A stretch of 64,000 nucleotides of DNA, taken from Raillietiella orientalis. Lineage: Eukaryota. The DNA is taken from positions 186,001 to 250,000 of the forward strand of contig JAYWIR010000072.1 in the NCBI GenBank assembly GCA_036172245.1. Reading direction: 5' to 3'. Numbering within the stretch: position 1 is the first letter of the stretch; the number at the start of each line of letters is the position of its first letter. The notes below the pieces were generated by a model. The model had not been told where the DNA came from. It was given only the letters and a program-made list of their open reading frames with translations, and ran no database searches. The translations under genes were made by a program, and so were the position numbers. Shown piece by piece: positions 22,661 through 35,133 of the stretch.

Positions 22661-25600
22661 TTTTTATTTCCACGCTTTTGGTTGACAAATATGGTAACCC
22701 TTGTGAGGGGAAATGCACTGGGTGACACTGGTGTCTTCGCACTGGTGGGACACGGAGAGTCAAAGAGGGACACTGAACTTACAGGTCAATCAGGTCCCTA
22801 TAGTCCGCACCACACCACGAGGGAGGCGCTGCCGGAGTGATCTCCTGGGCAGCAAGTTCGATGTCGGTGGAAGGCCGAGTGGTGGTGTGGCAAAAGTAGA
22901 TATCTCGAGCAGCTCGGATCAGTGAGCACACGATTTGGTGGCGAAGCGCCTTTATTTGAGTGTTGCTCAGGCCGAGGCAGCTTAGGACCCCATCGTTCGG
23001 GTGCCAGCTACCCAGCAACCCGATCACGATAGCGTCCACTTTGACCGTTCGTCCGTGTGCTTCATACTTCCTCCTCAGGGTCTTATAGTTGGTGATTTTG
23101 TGCGTCCGTGCATCATCCAGAATGTCTTCCTGTTCTCGAATGGGACAGTCACATCTATGATGAGGATGCGGCGCCCGTCACTCGCCACTAGATCAGGACG
23201 GAGGGAGCTATTGATACTGGGGTGGGATGGGTCGATCGCTAGCTCAGGTCACTTGATCCTCACTGCTGGCTCCAGAATGTCTTGGACCGCATTGTGCCTT
23301 CTCAGGATTCGAGTCCCTAAGTGTCTTGTACAGTGGCACAGCACATGTGCGAGTGTCTCCTTTTGGTAGGGGCAGTGGCAGCAGGCTTCATGGAAGCCAG
23401 GGCGCTTTCTCTTTCCGTTGAGGAACAGTTGGTTGAGTCTCTCTTGGTGTAGGAAGCCAACTGTCAGGGCTTTTGCGACTGGCGCGTTAGTCGCAAAAGC
23501 GGAGCAGGCGGCTGTAGTCGAGAAGCGACATGGACGCAGGGTGCAGCGCCACACAGTCGATGATCCTGCCTTGGTCGGACTTGGCACGCAGTCATTCGGA
23601 TCGAGCCAGTCTGTAGATTCTGCGAAGCGATCTGGCGACAATCTACCCATATCTCCGGTAATATAGCCGGAGAGTAGCTCAGGTTCAGGGCTCTGCCGGG
23701 TTTTGCGTCGAACAGTTTCACGCAGGGATGCCCACGCCAGATCAGGAATAAGGCGATCGGGGAAAGACAGCTGTTTGAATGCCGAGTCTGTGGCCATTAT
23801 GTCGGCTTCTTCGGCAAGCATCATCATTACAAGGCATCCCTTGTTTATAGCATCCATGGTTTAAAGTATTTATTAGAGGAGGCCTGAGTGAGTGGTAGGA
23901 TTTCCTCCTTCAGTGCTTTCCGAATGATGGTATCAATTGCTTGCCAAAATGTTCTACTCTTCGAGCCCATCCGAAGGCCATGGACGAATGCAGGAAAGAC
24001 GCATGTCCTGAGGGCATCAAGTTTCTGCCACGGGGCCAGGGGGGAGTCGAACACATTCACCACGCTGTTAGTGATGTCTTCCTCAAGTGCATGGCTATGC
24101 AAGGCATCGAAGCCTATGGGTTTCCCCAGGTAACTGTTCGTGCTGGTATCGTTGAGTACGGTTATGGGTTCGCCCGCTACATGGAAACGATCACGGCCGA
24201 CAGTTATGAGTGTCTTGGAGTCGTAGTGCAGGGAGGAGCACTTTTTGGCTTTGAGGGTGAGACCGACTGGAGCAGCCATGGAGCCTACTGCTCCCAGGGC
24301 GGTTTGCAATGTCTCAGCGTCTTTCGCTAGCAAGACCAGGTGATCTGCATATGCGAGAACCTTGATTCCAGGCATACTCTGTTTGATGTCAAGACATCAA
24401 AGTGATTCGATGGCAATATTGAATAGTAACCCAGGTAGGGGGCATGCATGCTTGACACCTCTGCAGATATGCACCGGCTGGGAGCGGCCGGAGGATGTGA
24501 CGATTTGGGTGTTCTTGTCAGTGTACATCTCACATACCAGTTCCACAGATCGATCTCCGGTATCCGAACATTGAAGTGAGCAGAGGAGTGGCGATTGAGA
24601 AATGGATGCGAACGCATCTTTGAGGTCAAGCCAGGCCGCACATAGATTCCGGCGGTGCCGATTGCTGTAATCAAGTAGACTGGCAAGCATGAAGTTATGC
24701 TCGAGCACCCCGTCAAAAGGGAGGAAGGCTTTTTGGTGTTGCCCAAGAATATTGTTTTGAAGAATGTAATCCCTCATCCGGCGGGCAACGCACTTCTTGA
24801 AAAGTTTGCCGAATGCCCGGCTGATGATTTTTGGGCGGAACTGGGAGATGTCATCGGTCGCCTGGGCATTCGCTTTTGGGATAAGAGTGGTTTGGATTCC
24901 TTCCACTCGGCTTGGATACGCCGGCGGGAAAGGCACAGATTGAACATGGCACATTGAAGGCGACACTCGAGATCCACTTTGAGAAAGGTAGAGTTTGGAA
25001 TCCCATTCGCGCCTGGCGCCGTGTCTTCGAATTGCCTGAGGCAGGAGGAAATTCCAAGTCCGGTAAAAGGGTAGAGATCCACCTCTTCGTGATCAGGACC
25101 TAGCTGTGCGTCCCAAGATAGGGAACGGAAGCCCGATTTGGCACTGAAGAGGGTTCTGAAGTGTTTAATGATATGGTCAGGGTCCGCCGTGCATACGGTC
25201 GAATTACCGTCCATGATTTGGCGAATTTCTCGTCGTCTGTTCCGACCATGAAGTTTCTGGAAGGCACCCGGTGATATCACACTGCCTGGTGTTCAGGCAT
25301 GGTACTGTGAAGGGTCGAAGGTGTAGATGATGCTGGATAGCCGTGTACCCTGTGGAGAACAATCGCATGGCCTAGACCCAGTTGTCTACATTAGGGGTTC
25401 TTGACGAGAGCGTTTCAAGTGTTTGAGTGTCCTCGCCGAGTATCACACGCGGCTCTGCTGGTCTCGGTGCAGGTTGACGTCGTTCAGCCCGGTGATGGAG
25501 AGGAGCCAGTGGTGTCTGGCCGGCTATGTTGCCGGGTGAGTCCCCGCCCTCCTGCTCGCTCTCATCATCTAGTAGGGCGAAGCGGTTGCGAATCGCTCGA

Positions 25601-27345
25601 GTTGGTTGGTCGGCGTTCCGGAATGGTGCTTGGCGCTCTGGACGACGTTCCACAGTAGGGAAGCAGTGTGTGCCCAGAGGTGGGGGGGGCAGTCTCGGTT
25701 TTTTTCGACGGTAGTAGACTATTCCCACTGCTGATCCGAAGGGGGGTCAGGGAATGGTAGCGGAGTTTCTACCTTCCGGGTGACCGTGGGAAGTGCCGTC
25801 TCTCTGGGTTCAGTTGTCGCCGAGATCACCAAGGGAGGCCGTTCGCATGTTGTGGATTACATTGTACGCCTGTTCCTGGTGACGCCAGGAACTTGGCGAG
25901 CACTCGAACGGGCAATCGCAGCGTGCAATCGCGTGTGGTTGGCAAGCGCCTTTCGGTTAAAGAAGGTTTGGCCACAGTTCGGTTCTGGGGATCGGAGTGG
26001 TGTTGTTCTCGGGCCACACCTGTGATGCCAGACCGGTATCCAAAGCAGCTGGTTGCAGCGCCGGCGAAAGTGGGTGGCACGTACCAGGATACGATGAGCG
26101 GTCTGTTTGTGCCGTCGTAGTGACCCCAACGGTCGCTTAGGTTCCATCTGGAGGTGGCCGACCTGCATCTCGGCAATGGGCATTCAATTTTCCTAGCCGC
26201 GGGATCGTCAACGACGAGGATGTTCTCCATCGTGAGTAACAAAATTGGCGTGTCGAGGCTCTCCGGCGGTGGTGGCTCAAGTCTTAGTGGCATAACTTGT
26301 GGTTGATTCCCTGGAACATTGATACGGATCGGACGCCTGCTGTTTGATCGCACTCTGTTGGGTGCCGCATCTGGGCATCGTGGTTCATGCCGCTGACTCG
26401 CGTGTGTCGGCACGGAGTTGCCGCTCACCTAACGCGTGTTGATCCCCTATCAGGTGAGGGATTGGCCGGAGCGCTGTGTATGTATTCTCACATATGGGCA
26501 CGTTTCTTCTGAGACGCTGGAATCGGGGTTATGGCTTATGGGCTTGCGTTGCCTGCGTCGAGACTCAACCGCAGGCACATAAGCCGGGTGAAGCGGTGGG
26601 GGAGGAGGAGGCGAGCGTGTAACGTTCACAAGCACTGATTCCCTTGGTGACAGTTGTTGCAGGAGGTCCATACCAGTTTGTGAGTGAGAGACCACTGTCA
26701 TGTCGAGCGCCTCGATCCAAGAGAATGTCTGCCTTCTCTGAGAAAGGAGTGGGAGGAATGGTTCACCAGTTGTGGTTGACCAAATTGGTCGATATCAGCA
26801 GCAGGTAGTGGTATAAATAATACCATTGGTTGGTATTGACCTGCGATATCAGTGTTCGTAGAGCGGGGAGTGGCTGCCTCAAGGAGCGTGGGAGAGTGCA
26901 CGGGCGTTGCTTTCTGGCTGGTATTGTTCAGAGGGAAGTCCTCGTCAAGCAGCGATATGGCTGTAGGTGGAGATTGTGGCAGTCGCATTGCATCCACCTG
27001 TACAAGAGGTCTTCTAGCTCTCGGTCGTGGCGTGCTTTGACAGCCTGGTAGCGGTGTGCCAGACCAGTTGGATTTGCGCTGGGTTGTGTCGGCAGAACTG
27101 GACGAGGAATCTAAAAAGTCGTGTTTCCACATCCCACGTTTTTGATAGGACCGTCGAGGTCCCACAGTCCTCGTGCGCTTTGTTTGCCGCACCCAAAGCA
27201 CTGTCCATGTTCTGGTGTTTGCAATCGTAGTGCACCTTACGAAGGGAAGGACGACCAAAGGATGCATTGCACATTGGGCACTGCTACTCAAGGGCGAGAA
27301 GCATTTATGGGAGCAGCACGGGAGGATCGATACACCGATTGTGCT
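22661..27345 (-). mobile_element. RLE element copy E (third subfamily), from mid-ORF1 to an intact 3' end; heavily degenerate
   Basis: Collinear with A; YADH in place of YADD; 3' UTR ends AAAAGCGTGGAAATAAAAA, versus AAAAAGCGTGGGCCAATAAA in A. Confidence 0.88.
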
Positions 27346-27395
27346 TTACCACTACACACGAGCGAGTCAGGAGCCCGTGAGGAAGACGTCCGATT
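27346..27395 (-). mobile_element. 5' UTR stub of a Tx1-like beta element
   Basis: GAGCGAGTCAGGAGC...ACGTC matches the beta 5' UTR at 48878-48910. Confidence 0.7.
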
Positions 27396-27411
27396 GTCGG
27401 CACTCCTTTTA

Positions 27412-28742
27412 GACCCGGAAGCTCCGGGGCATTTATTTGGTAATGAAAACAAACAAGCAGGTGTAAGGCTATTGCTCCTACAGCGTTGAAAAAATGTTCT
27501 TATGAAAGCCCTCAACTCGCCGTGTAGCCAGCACGCAGACCGACGTGTTCGACTCGGCAGCGGAGAGGAAAGGACAAACGAAAACAAAAAGAAAACAATA
27601 TTTACAAAAGCAGCGAGGAGTTGGGGAAGGGATCACGTTCCGCTGACGTCGTCCTCTACATCCTTTCGAGCATGCCGGCAAGTTCAGTCCGCATACGTCC
27701 CAGATGGAAACTTCCGGCTGCCGTACTCAGGAAGCGCAGGTCAGAGGAGATGATATCCCAGTCGTTTGGTCCACCAGAGGCAGTGCTTCATGCCGCCACA
27801 ATTCCTCGTCGGCAGCAGAGGGCTGCAAGGGCTGCGGCAGGCGAAAGGGCGTCGCGCACAAAGAGGCGCTTCAAAACGTCTCTGGGTTTGATCGTGAGTG
27901 CTCCTAGGGCCGTTCCGAAACGCAAACATAGGAACCGGTGGGCAACACAGTCAAGAAGTAGGTGCGGGAGAGTTTCCCGTTCCCCGCATCTGTCACAATT
28001 TGGGTCCACAGCCCTCTTTCGTCCAGTAAGAACGGCGGGCGTTGCTGAGGAGTCCCCAGTGCAACACCAGGAATGCCGACACCTGCCTCTTCTGGGAAAG
28101 GGCCTGGGAAGTCTTCAGCACCGGGGGCCACTCGAGAGCATCGTTGGGGATGCTCAGCAGCTCCCCAAGCGCAATAATCCCTTCAATGGGACTCTTGGGG
28201 TCGCAGCGTCTGTCAACTTGCCCGTGGTCCAACCACCTTGCTCGCTCTTCCAGAGATACTGCACCTGACCTCTCATTTCGCCAGCTGGCTGCTGCTTAGG
28301 TGCTTCTTGAGGTGAAACAGACGTGGCAAGGGAGGTCCTTAAAGCTTACGCACCCAAAGTGAGCTGCACGTTGATTTCCTGCAGCGAGTAACCCTTGTGA
28401 TAGGAGTCCAACATCAGCTGCCGCAACTCCGGGCTCGATTGAACTCCCTCGATGTTCACGCCGCATCAGCGCAGAAAGCCTCAGTACCAGGGGGATGAGT
28501 TCCGCCGCGAAGCACTGGAAGAACTCCTCAGGCAGACCATTCTCACCGGGCGCCTTGCGCTTCTTGAAACCCGCTATGGCGGAAGAAACTTCTTCCGCCG
28601 TGAAGGGCAAGTCAAGAGTGGCGCTTTCCTCCTCGTCGACCGCAATGGAATCCGCCGGCAGAAGCAGCTCCGAGAGAATGCGTTCCGTCGACTCCCTAGC
28701 ATACAACAAGAATTAGAAGCGCCTTCGGAGGCAACGCACGGC
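27412..28742 (-). mobile_element. Tx1/L1-like beta-type element remnant with a large internal deletion and an intact 3' end
   Basis: KAPGENGLPEEFF (RT N-terminus) fused near 28440 to the C-terminal CDRCGERETLPHLLLDC region; AATAAA plus hairpin tail. Confidence 0.8.
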
Positions 28743-28827
28743 GGACGCAATTGTTGTCCGCTCCTTCAATAGGGAGTTTTTATATTCTGGTGTTCCGTGT
28801 GTGTTTCGCGGCCGTTGAAAGGCAGAA

Positions 28828-30441
28828 ATGCCTGTGAACGCCGCAGTTTCAGGTGAGAGAGGCGGGAAGACCGCGTCTCCCAAGCCAAAGGAGGTGGGAT
28901 CATGCCCCACCACTTCTTCTGAACCCGCCACTACGGCGAGGGCCTGGAGCGCGGTGGCAGCGGCGGAAACGCCCGATGTCGCCGCCAAAATCCAATCCTA
29001 CATCCAGGAGGGCTACAATCCGGCCCTCCTGTACAAGGTAGGCAATTTATATTCCCCGTTAAGGGCGCGAAAGTGCGGCAATGCCATCAAAAAGATGGGC
29101 ATTGCCGACCATGAAATTCTTTGCCTCTCTATACGGAGCGGAGGGCAGTTGGCGGAGCTCATCTGCAAGGATGCAGCTCTTACCCACAAGATGCTCTGCA
29201 CGCCCGTACAATTTGAGGGCAGGAATTTACTCCCACACACGGTGGACCACTCCATTGTGGTCCACCTAACAGGGACAACAGTGCGGATGGATGAGAACGC
29301 CATCCGCGCTGAACTGGAAAAATACGCAAGTGTTTCCGCGATGTGGAGAAAGCCAAACACCTTCGGAGTGAACGGTGCATTTAGTGGGCGAGTAGGCGCG
29401 CGCGTGACGCTTCGAGGAATCGTACAGCTTCCCCACAAGCTCCAAATTGGCGACGAGTTCGTCGACATTTGGTTTGTGGGGAAACCTAAATTTTGTGGAA
29501 ACTGTAAGTCGTTCGGGCATTTGAAAAAGCGGTGCCCGGACGCGGTTTGCCCAACGTGCGGCGCGAAGGGCCACACCAAAGTGGTGTGCCCGATGAACGT
29601 CGCTCCAACGCCGGAACTTCCGCAAAAGAAGGAAGGGAAGGCAAAAATAGTGATAAACCCCACAAAAGGGGATCAGCCGTCGGCTCCGACAAAAGTCGCG
29701 CAGCAGGAAAGGGACTCGGTACAGGAGCTCCCGGAAAAGACTGCCGACGAGGAAGGCTGGCAGCTGGTCACCCGTAAAGTAAAAATCGTTAAAAAAACCG
29801 CGCCCGCACCGGCGAAAGTGGTGAAGGGCAAGGGGAAGGTCGGGCCACGTCCAACAATCAAAGCGTGCAGCGTGGCCATCAAACGCGTGCCGGTGATCGA
29901 TACTCGCTCCGCTGACGGATCCATGCGACGTGACGTCACGCCAGCTGTTCAAGCCGCCGCCGCGCAAACGCCGACGCCGCGACAAAGTCGCGAGCCCAGC
30001 GTGAGCAGGGACGACCGGGACTTCAACAAGGCGGCGGAAGAGTTGGCAGCCATGCTCCAGCAGCCTCCCAAGGCCCAGAAGGAGGCCTTGAGGCGTCCGG
30101 CTGAGGCGAAAGGACCGGAGACTTCCGAGTCCGAAGCCGAAGCCGGCAACGCTCCGGCTGTCGCTCTCCCGAAGCGCAAAGCGGGCCGCAAGGTAGGCAA
30201 CCCGCGGCGCTCCGCACCTCCACCGGCGGAGGAGGACATGCGGTCGGACCACGACGACGGGGAGGCGATGTCCGCGAGGTCTCGCGACTCCTCGCCGGAG
30301 ACGTCCCTGGCCAAGCAGGATCCTCCAACCACCACCACAACCACCGACGGACCGCCTCCTTGCGAGCAACAGCCCGTCGCAATGGATACACAACTCCCGC
30401 CTGCTGAACAGCAGGCGGAGGACGGTAAGCAAGCACAATAA
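28828..30441 (+). CDS. ORF1p, Tx1-type (RRM-like domain, two CCHC zinc knuckles, disordered tail)
   Basis: 537 aa; CGNCKSFGHLKKRC and CPTCGAKGHTKVVC. Confidence 0.85.
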   Translation: MPVNAAVSGERGGKTASPKPKEVGSCPTTSSEPATTARAWSAVAAAETPDVAAKIQSYIQEGYNPALLYKVGNLYSPLRARKCGNAIKKMGIADHEILCLSIRSGGQLAELICKDAALTHKMLCTPVQFEGRNLLPHTVDHSIVVHLTGTTVRMDENAIRAELEKYASVSAMWRKPNTFGVNGAFSGRVGARVTLRGIVQLPHKLQIGDEFVDIWFVGKPKFCGNCKSFGHLKKRCPDAVCPTCGAKGHTKVVCPMNVAPTPELPQKKEGKAKIVINPTKGDQPSAPTKVAQQERDSVQELPEKTADEEGWQLVTRKVKIVKKTAPAPAKVVKGKGKVGPRPTIKACSVAIKRVPVIDTRSADGSMRRDVTPAVQAAAAQTPTPRQSREPSVSRDDRDFNKAAEELAAMLQQPPKAQKEALRRPAEAKGPETSESEAEAGNAPAVALPKRKAGRKVGNPRRSAPPPAEEDMRSDHDDGEAMSARSRDSSPETSLAKQDPPTTTTTTDGPPPCEQQPVAMDTQLPPAEQQAEDGKQAQ

Positions 30442-31333
30442 ACACACCAACGCGTGGACTCTCCTCCTGCCGGCGACTGCGCGTAATCTGTTGGAACGTC
30501 AACGGTTTGCGCGACGACGGCAAGAGGAGAGAAGTGGCCGCCAGCCTGCGGGACTTCGATCTGGCGCTTCTGCAGGAGACGCACGTTCTCCACGCAGATG
30601 AGGCCTAGGAAATCGAACGGATCGCAGGCGGGCGGCTCGTATACCAAAACGGGAGAGACCACACCCGCGGTGTGGCTTTCATGCTGAAGCCAGCCGTCGT
30701 TAATGCGCTGCGCGACGTGCACTTCGACGGGGAAGGTCAAATCGGGCAGCTTGTTGGCAAGAGGTCCGACGCGATCGACCTCGTCGTGACCAACGTGTTC
30801 GCGCCCGGCACGAGCCCACAGGCGCGGGGAACGCACTGCGTTCTTCGAAGGCCTGCGGCGAGATTGGCTGGCCGAAGCAGACATGCGAAAGGCGCACCTC
30901 ATTGCCGGGGACTTTACCGTCCTCCTGCTGGCAGGTGCGCCCGACATTCGCGCACAGCTGATCAACGAGATGTGCGCTGCCATGCACGCGCGCAACTTGT
31001 TGGCCGGTGACGCCGGGACGGAGACGAGGATCGACCACATGTTCCTCGACAACCACCTGTGTTCGCGGGTGGGAAATCGAGGGGCAGTGCCATCCGAACT
31101 TTCCGACCATCCCCAGCTGGCGCTAGAAATACAACCGCGCGGTAGAGGTCCACCCTCCACAGCGTGGCGTTTGCCAGGGGACTGGTTGCGCCTTGCAGGA
31201 GCAGCGCAACATCTTCGCTCGTTCCTGCAAGGCTTCCATCTGCAGTCGCTCGCGGACTGGGACGAATTGAAGAGCTCAGTCCGCGAGTTCTGCGACCAGT
31301 TTCCCCTGAACCGTCTCCCTCCAGGTTTCGGCG
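30441..31333 (+). pseudogene. ORF2 APE endonuclease domain of the host element, disrupted
   Basis: WNVNG, LQETH, IAGDF, IDH, SDH motifs; internal stop and frameshift. Confidence 0.85.
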
Positions 31334-31537
31334 TTGCCACCCGGGTACGCCCGGGGCGTTTATTGATAAACTTTACATGCGTGGTACAAGGCCCCACCAC
31401 GGCCGTAAACACAGGACCTGTCGGGACACTGGGACGCAGCCCGGCGGGGCACTCCCCGACAGCGAAGGGGGATAGGGATGAGACAAAAAGTAAAATAAAA
31501 AGAAACAAACAAAAAGAAGTTGGAGGGCAGGGAAGGG

Positions 31538-34500
31538 ATAACTGGTGGCTGTGGGGAGGGCCCATCCGTCGAACGAAGCCCTCGAGGTCAGCCTGCATAT
31601 TCCACAGTTGGGGCCATCCGGCAGCTCTTCGCAAGAAGCGTTTGGCATACGGGATGACATCCCTCGCCTGTGGACCCACTCCTTCGTTGTTGGCGTCGCT
31701 CCATGCCGCCACGATGCCACGGACGCAGCACAATGCTGCGATGGCTGCGGCTGGCTGCAGTGCGTCCTTCACGAAGAGGGGCCGAAGAACGTCTCTGGGG
31801 GTGCTGCCCGTAGGGAGCCCGAGGGTCGTCCCGAACAGTTCCCAAAGGGGTCGGAGGGCAGCACAATCCACAATAAGGTGGGGAAGCGACTCCCGCTCCC
31901 CGCACCTGGCACACGCAGGATCCACAGCTCCCCTCGTCCAGTGGAAGCGGCGCGCGTTGCAAGGTAGACCCCAGTGCAACAAAAGCAACGCCGACTCTTG
32001 CCACTTCAGGGGCAGGATCCTGGATTCTTTCATCACCGGGGGCCACTTCAGCTCATCCCTGGGGATGGCGAGCAGCTCGCCCCATCTTAATAATCCTCGC
32101 GGCTGGACGCTCGGGGTCGAGGCGTCGGCCAGTTCTCCTGTTGTCCAGCCGCTGATCAACTTCTCCTGTCCCTCGATGCAGCAGGAGACTTGCCACCTTG
32201 GCGTCCGGGTGCTGTGAAGTGCCCTCCTTAGGAAGGGTAGCGCCGTAGCTAGGCAGGTCGTCTCTGCCCACGTGCATCTTGCTGAACTCTCCAGGAGATT
32301 CCGCAGCGTGCAGCGGGCGTAGGGGCTGCATCGGAGACGATTCCACGTCTCGTGGCGTCTCTGGTTAACTACTGCCCACGTTCCAATATTCTCCTCCAGC
32401 CAGGCGGGGGAGTTGGCGGGGCAGCAAACCATCCAGCTGTTCTCCTCGGCCAATGTTGCCATGCGCCCGAGCAGTAGGCCGCATCTTCGCATCTTCCGGC
32501 CACGGCTCAGAAGAAAAGACGCGAGTCCATCGCACCGGGACACACGGCTGGCCAGGAGGCGGGCCGGAGTGCACCAAGGGGTGCTCCACATCTTCGCTGC
32601 GATCGCGAGGGTTGCCACCGCAGCTGCTTCTCCACGCGCTCCAGCGTCAGGAGGCCAAGACCGCCGTCCCGACGCGGAGCGCACAAGTCCTTCAGTGGGA
32701 CTCGGGGCCTCCCCTTGCTCCAAAGGGCGATACGGAGGAGGTCCTTCGTCCTCTTCTTGGATTCCACGGTGGGGGGGCAAACAAAAAGCAAGGGGCGGAG
32801 GATGGGGGCCGCGTAGGCGTTCCAAACCGCGGCCCGTTCCGTCAAGTAAAACTTGCCTTCCAGGAACGGGCCGATTGCCGTCTCGACTTTTTGGAGGCCG
32901 CTGGACCACGCTTCCGCAGGGGAGTAGTCCCCCAACGGCACACCAAGGTACTTGAAGCACCTCGCCGTGGGGATCCCCAGGCGGACCCAGTCCTGCTGCC
33001 CTGCCCACGCCGCACCTATTGGCACAACCGACGACTTCGCCCTGTTAACCTGCAGTCCGGTCCCGCGGCTGAGCAGATCGAAGAAGTCTCCGACCGCCTT
33101 TCCCGGGGTGGACATTGGCAACAAAAGCAGAAGATCGTCGGCGTACGCTGCTACGGCGGGCGTGCCGGGGCACGAGCTCGGCAATGGGGCCAAAGTCACC
33201 CTGTACGCTCTCAGCACCAACTCAAAGTAGGTGCTGAAGAGCAGGGGGCTGAGGCTATCTCCCTGCCTTATGCCCCGCCGCACCGGCACGCCATACACCT
33301 TTTGACCGCTGAAAGAGACGGTAATTATCGCATTCTGCCAGCAAGAGCGCAGGTAGGAAATCAGGGAGGGTGGAAAGCCCATGCGACCCAGGAGCTCCAA
33401 GAGAAGTTCCTGGTCTACACAGTCGAACGCCTTGTGGAGATCGACTGCGAGCGCTAGGGCCCCCTTCCCCGCCCGGAGGTCCCTTCCCAGCCCGGCTGGC
33501 GGCCCCAATGTTGGGTTGCCGACTTTCCCTATCCCTTTCTTCTCTCTTCTCTGCAGGTGCACCCATGTGCTTGCGAAGAAGAGGTTGGCATCCATACTTC
33601 GCCCGGGAACAGCATAAGTCAGCTCCGGGCTAATTACGGATTCTGCCACCTGTCCCAGACGCGAAGCCCATAGCCCTGCGATCAACTTGGCGTCCGTATT
33701 CACGATCGTGATCGGACGCCAGTTCTTTAAATCCCTGAGGTCTCCCCCTTTCGGCAGGAGCCTCACTCTGGCTGACCGAAACGAGGCGGGAACATCGCGT
33801 TCGTCTCGGATCAGCCTGATCAACTTAAGCAGCAGGGGTGCCAGCTCTTCCGCGAAGCTCTGAAAGAACTCCGCGGGCAAGCCGTCTTCCCCTGGAGCTT
33901 TACGCCTCTTGAGCCTTTTGATACCGGCGAGAATTTCGCCGGTGGTAAAGGCTCGTCGAGGCTTTCCATCTCCTCCTCCCCTATTGCCGGGGCGCCATCC
34001 GGAAGCAAGCGCCGAGAGGCGTTTCGATCCGGGGGCTGCCTGGCGTAAAGGGAGGAATAGAAACTCCGCACGAGATGCCGTACCGACGCCGGGGACGAAC
34101 ATTCCCGGCCCTGGTAGTCCAGCAAGCTGGCCGACCCGGATTGCCAGGCTTGGCGTTCGGCCCCGGCGCGGTACTCGGCCAGGCGACGGACATTAGGGGT
34201 TCTCTCGTACCTACGAGCCTGTAAATAGGCCCGATGGTTGCGAGCACCCTCGCTGAATCCACGGGGCAGGCGATCCAGGGGGAACTGCTCACAGAACTCG
34301 CGGACCGATTCCTTAAAAAGGTCCCAGTCCTGGAGATTCCAGAGCGTGACACCTCTCAGGTATTCGCGAAGGTATTCCTTCGCACCTGAGAGTCGCGTTC
34401 AGTCCCCCGGCAGACGCCAATCCCTGGATGGCGGTCCCTTGTCACGAGGCCGCATCTCGAAAATTGACCGGGAATGGTCCGACAACGTCGACCCAACCCT

Positions 34501-35133
34501 CCCCCGTTTGCCGACCCGTGAACACAGGTCAGCGTCGAGGAAGACGTGGTCGATGCTGCGGACCATTCCCCTCTCACCCGCGAACAAGTTGCGCGCACGC
34601 ATGGCGGCGCACAACTCGTTCATCGCGTTCTCTTGGGTTTCTGGCTCACCTGTTAGCAGACGGAGATTGAAATCTCCCGCTATCAGGTGAGCCTTCCGCA
34701 CGTTCGTGTCCGCCAGCCAGTCGCGCTTCAGGGAATCCAGCAGCCTGGTACGGTCGCTGTATCCCTGTTTACTGCTGGGGGCGTACACATTCGTGACGAT
34801 CAATTCGATCGAGTCGGACCAGCTGAGAATCAGCTGACCGACCCGACCGTCGTCATCGAAGCGCACGCCCTTCACGGCCGCGTCGATGGCCGGCTTCACG
34901 AAGAACGCGACCCCGCAGGTGTTGCGGAGGCCGCACCGTCAATACAGCCGACCCCCCGCGATCGTCTCGATCTCCTGGGCGTCTGCCGCGGTGATCACGT
35001 GGATCTCCTGCAGCAGGGCCAGGTCGAGCTCACGCAGGGTGTCGGCTGTATCTCGCCTGTTGCCGTCGTCGCGCAGCCCGTTGACGTTCCAACAGGCGGC
35101 GCGAATCCGACGGCGACTGGCGAGCCCAGGTGT
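31538..35133 (-). pseudogene. alpha-1 ORF2 (APE-RT-CCHC), frameshifted
   Basis: Fragments 34399-34899, 32507-34102 and the C-terminal part within the 29949-33008 frame. Confidence 0.85.

Noticed and set aside
29949..33008. 1019-aa minus-strand ORF as a novel gene
   Set aside because: Chimeric read-through: the alpha-1 ORF2 C-terminus with a lost stop runs into its UTR and the antisense of the host element.
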